From positions 227,737-291,736 of the forward strand of contig CAWDXE010000005.1 of NCBI GenBank assembly GCA_963806185.1: 64,000 bases of DNA, in the 5' to 3' direction. Positions 21,535 through 29,859 of this stretch are shown here, piece by piece; position 1 is the stretch's first letter, and the number at the start of each line of letters is the position of its first letter. The DNA is from an uncultured candidate division Zixibacteria bacterium (GTDB taxonomy: Bacteria; Zixibacteria; MSB-5A5; GN15; FEB-12). The position numbers and the translations under genes are program-made. Under the pieces are notes generated by a model that worked only from the letters and a program-made list of their open reading frames with translations, was not told the DNA's origin and did not search any database.

Positions 21535-22533
21535 ATGAAATATAAATCGTTTGTAATCTGGCTTGGGCTGCTCATCCTCGGTGCAGCGTCGGTGCAGGCC
21601 GGCAGCGAGCTGAAGATCGGCACCTCGGGCGGCGCGGAACTGCTGATTCCAGTCGGTTCGCGCGGCACGTCCATGGGCGGTTCGGTAGTTGCCAATAGCT
21701 TTGGCATCGAGGCGATCTACTGGAACCCCGCCGGTTTGGCCACTCTTGAAGGAACCGAGGCAATGTTCAGCCATCAACCGTGGCTTGCTGACATCGACGT
21801 CAACTTCGCCGGGGTCGGCACCACTATCGAAGGCTTTGGCACTCTCGGTGTCTCCGCCAAAGTCGTTTCCATCGGCAAGATGGAACAGACGACCGAAGCG
21901 GAACCGGAAGGAACCGGGAAGATCTACGAACCGACGATGACGGTGATCGGCGTGACGTACGCCCGTTCGTTGACCGCCAACGTCAACTTCGGCGTGACCG
22001 GGATGCTCATCAACGAGCGCATTTTCGAAGTGAGCGCCAACGGTATGGCGTTCGACTTCGGCGTGACGTATGATCCCCGGTGGCACGGTATGACATTGGG
22101 CATCGTGTTGAAAAACTACGGCCCGGATATGAGATTCAAGGGGCCGGGGTTTGAGCGCACGTACGAAGAGGCGGGGCAACGGCAGGTGGCGTCCGAAGGG
22201 GCGTCATTCCAGATACCCAGCTATTTCAGTATCGGACTCGCTTACAATTTCTATGAAAAGGAAATGCATTCAGCCACGCTCACCGGAGATTTCCGGGCCA
22301 ACAACTTCCAGGAAGATTTCTGGCAGGGCGGTTTTGAGTATGCGTACAACGACCGGTATTTCGTCCGGGCGGGGTACAACTACTCGACGCAGGGTGACTG
22401 GATTCACGGCGCCGCGCTCGGACTGGGACTGAATCTCCCGTTCGGCGAGAACAAACTGTCTTTCGAATACTCCTGGAATCAGACCGACGTATTCGACGAC
22501 AGTCAGTTCTTCACCGTCAAGGCTGACTTCTAG
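21535..22533 (+). CDS. PorV/PorQ-family outer-membrane beta-barrel
   Basis: ELLIPVGSRGTSMG and AIYWNPAGLA signature; FDFG, KNYG and RAGY strands; terminal F. Confidence 0.85.
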   Translation: MKYKSFVIWLGLLILGAASVQAGSELKIGTSGGAELLIPVGSRGTSMGGSVVANSFGIEAIYWNPAGLATLEGTEAMFSHQPWLADIDVNFAGVGTTIEGFGTLGVSAKVVSIGKMEQTTEAEPEGTGKIYEPTMTVIGVTYARSLTANVNFGVTGMLINERIFEVSANGMAFDFGVTYDPRWHGMTLGIVLKNYGPDMRFKGPGFERTYEEAGQRQVASEGASFQIPSYFSIGLAYNFYEKEMHSATLTGDFRANNFQEDFWQGGFEYAYNDRYFVRAGYNYSTQGDWIHGAALGLGLNLPFGENKLSFEYSWNQTDVFDDSQFFTVKADF

Positions 22534-22556
22534 GCCGACTGATTCCGCAGAAAAGA

Positions 22557-22589
22557 AACGGATCGCGCCGCTAGGTGCGATCCGTTTTT
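22557..22589. terminator. Bidirectional intrinsic terminator
   Basis: AACGGATCGC...GCGATCCGTT hairpin with A and T tails between convergent genes. Confidence 0.7.
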
Positions 22590-22606
22590 CGTTGATGATA
22601 TCCGGC

Positions 22607-25600
22607 TCAAATCTCAGCTGCCGATTTCTTGCCGAAGAGCGAATACAGGACCGGCAGGATAATCAGCGTCAGGGCGGTCGACGTGAGAATGCCGCCAACG
22701 ACTACGGTGGCCAGCGGCCTCTGAACCTCCGCGCCGAAGCCACCGGAGAACGCCATCGGGCAGAATCCAATGGCCGCCACCAGGGCCGTCATGAGAACGG
22801 GACGAAGCCTCACCATCGCTGCCTCGGAAATGGCCGAGTCCAAGTCACGGCCGTCGGAACGACTGCGTTTGATCTGCGATACCAGGACCAGGCCGTTGAG
22901 GACGGCAAGCCCGGAAAGCGTGATGAAGCCGACTCCGGCGGAGATGGAAAATGGCAGCCCGCGCGCCATGAGAGCAGCCATGCCGCCGATGGCGGCAAGC
23001 GGAACGCCGCTGAAGATGAGCAGCGCGTCCCGCAATGAACCATAGGTCATGTACAGTAGCCCCATAATCAGAACCAGCGCCAGTGGCACAACTATTGCCA
23101 GCCGCAACTGGGCTCGTTCCATGTTTTGGAATTGCCCGCCGAATTGCACGTAGTAACCGGGCTCAAATTTGACGTCGCGGTCGATCCGCCCGCGCAGTTC
23201 GTCGACAAACGACCCGACGTCGCGCCCACGGACATTGCACTGTACCACGGCCCGTCGTTTCCCCCACTCCCGCGTAATGGTAGCGTACCCTTCCGTGAGC
23301 TGCGGCTGAGCGATCCGATCGAGCGTGACTATGGCTCCGTCATTCCCACGGAGCGGTATCAATTCAATGTCCTCGGGCGACGAGGCCCAGGCGCTGTCTA
23401 ATTTCAGCACGAGGTCAAACCGTCGCTGCCCTTCAAATACTTCACCGACCGTCGTACCCCCCAGCGCCTGGATATACGATAGCACTTCGTTGGCCGGAAT
23501 GCCGAATCGCGCCGATTCGACCCGATCCACCGCCAGCCGTAATTGCGGCTGGCCGGTCATCTGCTCCACTGAGACGTCGGCACTGCCTCGGACCTGCGAG
23601 GCAAGCTGGGCGATCTCGTCGGCCTTTACGCGAAGCATTTCAAGATCATCCCCGAACACTTTGATGCCCACGTCGGAGCGAATCCCGGCGATCATCTCGT
23701 TCACGCGCATCTCAATCGGCTGAATGTACAGCTTGTTCATACCGGGCAGGTCGACCAACTCCCGATCGATAGCCGCCACCAGTTCATCCTGGCTCCGGGC
23801 TTTCTTCCACGCCTCGCGCGGGGTAAGGGTGATGAACATATCGGTCAGTTCGATTCCCATCGGGTCGGTCGAGAGCTCGGCCGTCCCCGTGCGCGACCAG
23901 ATGTCGGCTATTTCATCCGGGAATTGCTTCAGCAGCAGTTGTTCCACCCTGGTGCTGTAGTCCACTGATTGCGGCAGTGACACGCCCGCCAGCCGAACCG
24001 TGTTGATGACGATGGTTCCTTCATTCAGCCGGGGAATGAACTCCTTGCCGATTCGCGAGAACATTACAGCGCCAATCAGCATGAGTACGATCGAAGCAAT
24101 GCTTATCGCCGCCCGGTTGCGGAGCGCCCAGTGCAAAGCCGGCCGGTAGGCGCGCTGTGCCAAGCGAACCAGAAACGGCTCACGGTCCGAGCTAGGTTTC
24201 TTTAGGAATGTGGCCACGAGAGCAGGAATGACCGTAAACGACAGAATCAGTGCTCCGATGAGCACGAAAACGACGGTCAGCGCCATCGGGCGGAACATCT
24301 TCCCTTCCACGCCTTCAAGCGTCAGGATCGGGAGATAAACGAGGATGATGATCAACTCACCGAACAACGTCGGTTTGCGTACCTCCAGGATAGCATCGCG
24401 AATGATCTCCAGTCGATTGCGCCCGGATTTGTCGTGCGAGAGGTGCCTCAGGGAATTCTCCACCTGAATGACGGCGTTGTCGACCGCCAGACCGAAGTCG
24501 ATCGCCCCCAGGCTCATCAGACTACCGACAATCCCTACCCTCGTCATGGCGTCGAAAGCGAAGAGCATTGACAGCGGAATGGAAGAGGCCGCGATAAGCC
24601 CGGCGCGAAAATTCCCCATGAAGAGGAACAGAATCGCCACTACCAGAGCGGCACCGTACAGCAGGTTATCACGGACGGTATGCAGGATCCTGTCCACCAA
24701 TTCGGTGCGTACGTAAACCGGGCGCAACTCAACATTCTCGGGCAGGGATTTCTTCACCTCTTCGAGTCTGGCCGCCAGCCTCGCGGCTACGTCATGCGAA
24801 TTCTCCCCGGTGATCATGAAACCAAGTCCCAGCACAACCTCGCCCAAACCGCCGGCGGTCGAGGCGCCGCGACGGATTTCGTGACCGACGACCACCTCGG
24901 CGACATCTCTCACCTGAAGGGGCAATCCGCCGCGAGTACCGATTACCAGGGCCTCAATCTCATCGCGCGTCGTGACCTGTCCCAATCCCTGAACCACCGT
25001 CTGTTCGCCGCCGCGCACCATGGTCCCGCCGGAAACGTTTCCCAGACTCTCGCGCAAGGATTCGGCGACGTCATGGAGACTCAGATTGAATTGCACAAGC
25101 CGGTTTGGATCGACGAGAATCTGAAATTGCTTTTCGAAGCCGCCCCAGGTGTTGATCTCGGCCACACCCGCCACGGCCTGCAATTGCGGTTTGATGATCC
25201 ATTCCTGCACGGTTCGCGCTTCGGTCGGATCGGCTGATCTGGCGATGACCAGGTAATGGAAGATTTCGCCGAGTCCGGTCGAAACCGGCCCCAGTTCCGG
25301 TCGAGGCAGACCGTCGGGCAATTGCACGCTGACAAGCCGCTCCGTCACCTGCTGGCGAGCCTGATAGACGTCGATCTTATCATCGAATATGAGCGTGACG
25401 TTGCTCAGCCCGAATTTCGAGATGGACCGAACTTCCTGAAGTCCGGTGAGACCGGACAATTCACGCTCAATCGGGTAGGTGATTTGGCGTTCGATTTCCT
25501 CGGGGGCCCATCCGACCGCCTCGGCGTTGACCTGAACCATGACGGGTGTCGTATCGGGAAAGGCGTCAAACGGCAGGCGCAGGAACGCCAGCGTGCCGAC

Positions 25601-25675
25601 AACGACCAGCAATCCGGCCAGCGTCAATACGAAATACCTTCGCCGGATGGCGAATTCGACAATGAATGTTAACAT
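22607..25675 (-). CDS. CusA/CzcA-family heavy-metal RND permease
   Basis: DAFPD, GPVSTGLGEI, MSLGAIDFG, FRPMA, RLRPVLMTA and EVQRPLATVVVGG motifs. Confidence 0.95.
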   Translation of the reverse strand: MLTFIVEFAIRRRYFVLTLAGLLVVVGTLAFLRLPFDAFPDTTPVMVQVNAEAVGWAPEEIERQITYPIERELSGLTGLQEVRSISKFGLSNVTLIFDDKIDVYQARQQVTERLVSVQLPDGLPRPELGPVSTGLGEIFHYLVIARSADPTEARTVQEWIIKPQLQAVAGVAEINTWGGFEKQFQILVDPNRLVQFNLSLHDVAESLRESLGNVSGGTMVRGGEQTVVQGLGQVTTRDEIEALVIGTRGGLPLQVRDVAEVVVGHEIRRGASTAGGLGEVVLGLGFMITGENSHDVAARLAARLEEVKKSLPENVELRPVYVRTELVDRILHTVRDNLLYGAALVVAILFLFMGNFRAGLIAASSIPLSMLFAFDAMTRVGIVGSLMSLGAIDFGLAVDNAVIQVENSLRHLSHDKSGRNRLEIIRDAILEVRKPTLFGELIIILVYLPILTLEGVEGKMFRPMALTVVFVLIGALILSFTVIPALVATFLKKPSSDREPFLVRLAQRAYRPALHWALRNRAAISIASIVLMLIGAVMFSRIGKEFIPRLNEGTIVINTVRLAGVSLPQSVDYSTRVEQLLLKQFPDEIADIWSRTGTAELSTDPMGIELTDMFITLTPREAWKKARSQDELVAAIDRELVDLPGMNKLYIQPIEMRVNEMIAGIRSDVGIKVFGDDLEMLRVKADEIAQLASQVRGSADVSVEQMTGQPQLRLAVDRVESARFGIPANEVLSYIQALGGTTVGEVFEGQRRFDLVLKLDSAWASSPEDIELIPLRGNDGAIVTLDRIAQPQLTEGYATITREWGKRRAVVQCNVRGRDVGSFVDELRGRIDRDVKFEPGYYVQFGGQFQNMERAQLRLAIVVPLALVLIMGLLYMTYGSLRDALLIFSGVPLAAIGGMAALMARGLPFSISAGVGFITLSGLAVLNGLVLVSQIKRSRSDGRDLDSAISEAAMVRLRPVLMTALVAAIGFCPMAFSGGFGAEVQRPLATVVVGGILTSTALTLIILPVLYSLFGKKSAAEI

Positions 25676-25685
25676 GCTCCCCCGC

Positions 25686-27158
25686 CTACTTCGCATCAAC
25701 TTCGCAACAACCGGCGCCAAGGCTCGACTTGCGAAGTTCCGTTTTCAGCAGATAGCTGCCGTTGACCACGATCGATTCGCCGACTTCGACTCCGCTCACC
25801 ACCTGATAATACCGGTTATCACCGCGTGCCAAGGTGACCTTGCGCGGGCGAAACCGGTCGGCCGCTTCCTGCACGAAGACGACATTGCAGCACCCCTCCC
25901 ATTGCACGGCATCTTTCGGCACAAGTACCGGCGTAAAGGATGGATTGACCTCGATGGTCATGCGCCCGAAATTGTTGGCGCGAAGATTGCGCGATGGCTG
26001 GGCGAGGCGGGCACGGACGACCCCGGTGCGGGTGGCCTCGTCGAGATACTGAGCGACCCAGATCACTTCGCCGGCCACGTTGCCGAGCGTGCCGTCACTG
26101 GAAAACGACACCGATTGCCCGACATGTATATCACTCAATTCGTGCTCTCGCATGTGGGCTTCGAGCCAGAGTGCCTTCGGATCACCTGTCAGGGCAAGGG
26201 TAGCACCGGCTTCAAGCTGTTCCCCCAGAGGGGCGCGGCGTTCCAACAGAGAGCCGGTGACTGACGAACGCACAATCCAGCGCGGCGATACATCATTCGT
26301 CTCGGCCAGCCGATTGATGTCCTCGCGAGTCATGCCGGCCGAGCGCAGCAACCCTTCGCTATTAAGCACTCTTGATCGGGATACGTCCGCGACTGCTGCC
26401 AATGATTCATATTCGGCCCGACTGATATGACCGCGTGCGACCAGCGAGTCGGCTCGACGGCGATTGTTTTCCGCCACGACGCCGTCGGCGCGTGCTTCAA
26501 GAAAATTGGCCTGCAGAGTGGCCATCTCCGGCGATTGGAGTTCGGCGATTGCTTGTCCTTCGGCAAGAAGGTCTCCCGGTTCGGCGAGCCAGTGCATGAC
26601 GGTGGCGTCAATGGTGCTCGAGATGATGACCAGTTTGGTTTCGTCAAAACGTGTTTCGGCCGGAGCGGAGATCATGGTCGCAGCCGACCCGCGAATCGCC
26701 GCTTCAACAGTCAAGCCGGCGCGGGAAGATGTTTCTACCGAGGCAAATTGAATCGTAGCATTGTTCGTGGCGCAATCTTCGGCATTGGGATGCAGAAAGA
26801 TGCTGGTCACAATCGGCTTCGCCTCGATGACGATCTCCGGTTCCTGCATGAAACGAAGGCGCGGATTACAGACACGGCAATGCGATTCCGGCAGGTTGTG
26901 CTCCCCGCACCAGTCGTCTCGATCCTGAAAAGCCGTCACCAGTTCCGGATGACAGCGCGTACATTGCGATTCCGGTACGCGATGTTCGGCGCACCAGTCG
27001 TTCATATCCATCGGAACGGTCTGCGAGGCGTGTTCGGCGTCTATGCCCGGCTGCTCGAGCGCCTTGCGGGCGTCGCCGGTCAGGCTGATGATGCCGATGC
27101 CCAGCAGGACACCGACGATGAGCATCAAGAGCAACGGAATGTAATTTCGTTTGTTCAC
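25686..27158 (-). CDS. RND periplasmic adaptor (CzcB-like) with N-terminal Cys/His repeats
   Basis: MFP motifs (LQSPE, TRT..VRA, VPKDAV, VVNGSYLL); two WCxEHxxPESxCxxCxP repeats; likely GTG start at 27158 after GGGAG. Confidence 0.88.
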   Translation of the reverse strand: MNKRNYIPLLLMLIVGVLLGIGIISLTGDARKALEQPGIDAEHASQTVPMDMNDWCAEHRVPESQCTRCHPELVTAFQDRDDWCGEHNLPESHCRVCNPRLRFMQEPEIVIEAKPIVTSIFLHPNAEDCATNNATIQFASVETSSRAGLTVEAAIRGSAATMISAPAETRFDETKLVIISSTIDATVMHWLAEPGDLLAEGQAIAELQSPEMATLQANFLEARADGVVAENNRRRADSLVARGHISRAEYESLAAVADVSRSRVLNSEGLLRSAGMTREDINRLAETNDVSPRWIVRSSVTGSLLERRAPLGEQLEAGATLALTGDPKALWLEAHMREHELSDIHVGQSVSFSSDGTLGNVAGEVIWVAQYLDEATRTGVVRARLAQPSRNLRANNFGRMTIEVNPSFTPVLVPKDAVQWEGCCNVVFVQEAADRFRPRKVTLARGDNRYYQVVSGVEVGESIVVNGSYLLKTELRKSSLGAGCCEVDAK

Positions 27159-27272
27159 AGTATTCTCCCGACCGGACGTACCGGCCATCAATTTGGCAAG
27201 TCAGCCTCGCGGAATGAGGCAACTTGAATTCTTCTGACGTTGATTAGGCGCGCCTTGACGTGGCGCTGGAAT

Positions 27273-27575
27273 TCAACAGGAGACGGTTTTGGGAGGACGA
27301 TCGAGGGAACGTTCGAGGTCGGCGAAGATGACGAATTGCGAAAGCAAGTCGGTTGTCCCGACAATCGGATCCTCGGCCTGAAGAATGGATTGCACACCGG
27401 CCCAACTGACAAGTTGTACGCCATGACAGCAGACAAAGTCGGTGCAACAGCTACCGTCCGCGTCGGGGCACCCGGCACAACAGGACCCCGGTTCATCCTG
27501 CAACGGAGCAGCCATAGCCACCGCGCCGGCTATCAGCAGGAGGGCGGTAATAAGTATGGTGGCAGCTCTTTTCAT
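27273..27575 (-). CDS. Small secreted Cys-rich leader protein ending in DRPPK
   Basis: Signal peptide, CCAGC/CC/CC cluster and C-terminal LDRPPK; first gene of the metal-efflux operon. Confidence 0.65.
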   Translation of the reverse strand: MKRAATILITALLLIAGAVAMAAPLQDEPGSCCAGCPDADGSCCTDFVCCHGVQLVSWAGVQSILQAEDPIVGTTDLLSQFVIFADLERSLDRPPKTVSC

Positions 27576-27679
27576 AGGTTTGTCTGGTTTCCGTGATAAT
27601 ATACGCGATTAGTCCAACATGGCAAGAGGTGATTTGTTGCAGCCGACAGCACGGTCATAAGCGGTTGAAAGTTTGACGG

Positions 27680-28531
27680 TTACCCCGCTTTGGGGACGGC
27701 CGGGCGGCGAATCTGATGAACCAGTATTCCCTTTGGCTGAAGCTTGAGAAACTTCGCAATCACCCCGTAAACTTGCTCGGCGTGAGTGACCGGGCCCATA
27801 TGCCCTGCGCCGAGCAGGCCACGGACCTCAATCCTGGGCAGTGATTCCCAGAGACATTGAGCGATGGCCCGTGTCGAGGCGGGCGACCTGACACCATATA
27901 GCAGCAGAGTGGGAATATCCAAGGTGCGGTATGTCGAGATTCCGACCGTGTGTCCCATGACCGCGTCGAAGTCGGCCACTACTTTTGGCATCCGCCGGGC
28001 CACTGCCTCGCGCTGCCAGTCCTCCATTTTGTCCCAGGCATGCCCGCCCGACCAGTAATCGACAAATCTGCGACCTGCGTCGTGACAATCGTTTCGTTCG
28101 ACCGACAGCCGAACGTCGTCGCGCACCGCCCGAATCTCGCGGGCCGGCGGACTCTCAGAATCAGCTTCAAGCAGGAGATTGAAGAGCACCGGTTCGTAGA
28201 GCACGAGGCTCCGGATTCGATTGGGATATGTGAAGGCGGCGGCCAGAGCGACCGCCGCACCATACGAATGACCAATCAGATGAAACGGGCCGCCGATGCC
28301 GTCGAAGACCGGCCTGAGTAATTCGAGTTCATCGCTCAGGCTGAGGGTCTGCTCCACCGACCAGTGCGGGCTGTCGCCGTACCCGTACAGGTCGGGCGCG
28401 ATGACCTGATACTCACCGGAAAGCAGGTCGACGAATTTCTTCCATTGCCGCGAACTACTCGTGCTGGAGTGCAGGCAGACGATAGCCGGTCCGGTGCCGG
28501 CTTTCAAGACTGTCGGCGACTTGCAGGTCAT
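27680..28531 (-). CDS. Alpha/beta-fold hydrolase
   Basis: PDLYGYG, GHSYG nucleophile elbow and AGHMGP catalytic His. Confidence 0.9.
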   Translation of the reverse strand: MTCKSPTVLKAGTGPAIVCLHSSTSSSRQWKKFVDLLSGEYQVIAPDLYGYGDSPHWSVEQTLSLSDELELLRPVFDGIGGPFHLIGHSYGAAVALAAAFTYPNRIRSLVLYEPVLFNLLLEADSESPPAREIRAVRDDVRLSVERNDCHDAGRRFVDYWSGGHAWDKMEDWQREAVARRMPKVVADFDAVMGHTVGISTYRTLDIPTLLLYGVRSPASTRAIAQCLWESLPRIEVRGLLGAGHMGPVTHAEQVYGVIAKFLKLQPKGILVHQIRRPAVPKAG

Positions 28532-28559
28532 ACACTACCGTCGGGACACTCCAAAGAGA

Positions 28560-29306
28560 TTACGGCTTCTGCCCGCCGTCGAGCATTTTCAGCATCTGAG
28601 TTGCGGGGCGAAATTCCGGATTCACTTTGAGGCAGGTCTGCAGAGCCTCTTTGGCTTTCGCCTTGTCACCGGAGTCAGCGTAGACGCGGGCAAGAGAAAA
28701 CCAGACGCCGGCCGAATTCGGATACTGCTTTGTATTGAATTCCAGGATTTTCAGCGCCCCGGCATTGTCCTTGGCGGCGATATCGGAACCGACACCGGAC
28801 AGGACATAGTCGGCGAAGTCAAACGTATGCCGCCCGTAGTATTTTTCGTGCAACGTATTGTAGGTGCTGAGGACGGAGTCCGCTCCACCGTCGGTATACG
28901 CCTCCATCAGGACATCCTGGATCAGTTTCGGCACGGGCTGGCCGCGATGGCAGGTCACGCACTCGACGCGGGTCATGTGGGCGGTGTCGCCGACGGCTTT
29001 GGGCAGTGCCTCACCGTTAATGAACTGCACCATTTTCATCATTTCGCGCGCGACTTTCTTCATGCTGTTCGAGTCGGAGGCGAAATCGTCTTGTTCCTCA
29101 CCGTTGGGACCCTTGGTCTGGGCGTGGCAGTAATCGCAGTGGACGCCGAGTCCGCCGGAGAAGCTGCGCATGATGCCGATGAGCTGTTGTTTGGCGATCG
29201 TGCTGTCGAGTATTTTCAGATTGGTGAATTTCTCAGGCGGCTGTGCCACCGATAGTGCGGCTGCCCAGACAACCGCGACCAGGGTGAGCATGAGAATTTT
29301 GCGCAT
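28560..29306 (-). CDS. Diheme c-type cytochrome (reaction-centre-cytochrome-like family) with C-terminal TPR
   Basis: Signal peptide; NLKIL; two CxxCH motifs (CDYCH, CVTCH); K.VAREMMKM; TPR-like tail. Confidence 0.85.
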   Translation of the reverse strand: MRKILMLTLVAVVWAAALSVAQPPEKFTNLKILDSTIAKQQLIGIMRSFSGGLGVHCDYCHAQTKGPNGEEQDDFASDSNSMKKVAREMMKMVQFINGEALPKAVGDTAHMTRVECVTCHRGQPVPKLIQDVLMEAYTDGGADSVLSTYNTLHEKYYGRHTFDFADYVLSGVGSDIAAKDNAGALKILEFNTKQYPNSAGVWFSLARVYADSGDKAKAKEALQTCLKVNPEFRPATQMLKMLDGGQKP

Positions 29307-29859
29307 GGAAGCCTCATTCGTGAAGATGGTTAGAAGTTGATTGACATTTTCCTTGTACTCTTGGCAAGAAACATCGGCCAATTTAATTCTCGATTCGGTC
29401 GTTGCCAAGCCCATTCTTCAGCATTGAAATCACCCTCCGCGCCGAAGTCTGGACTACCAGGTTGAGTGCATTTTGCGAAGAATCGACCTCAGGTTCAGCC
29501 CGAACTTCGTATCCAGCCACCAGGAATGATTTGCTGATTGCCGACCGGTGGGCCACAGGCAGAGAGCAAAGACAATGACGTGGGCCAATTTCATCTTGTT
29601 GTCCTCCGGAAAAATGACTCTAGACGCATTCAGGGAGAATTTGTTTAGGCCAAAGAAAGTATATTTTCGCCCCCAAAATTTTTGCAGAACAAAGTCAACC
29701 GGTCGTCCGTATCAAATCTGCAACGATTGATTAGCCGCCAATCACACTGGAGGATCACACCTCGTCTGCGTTGAGCAGGCGGCCGGAGGTATGCCCGGCG
29801 CTACGGTGAATCCTGTTCGGAATTGGGCAACGGAGTACGTGTGAGAAGGAGACTGATTA

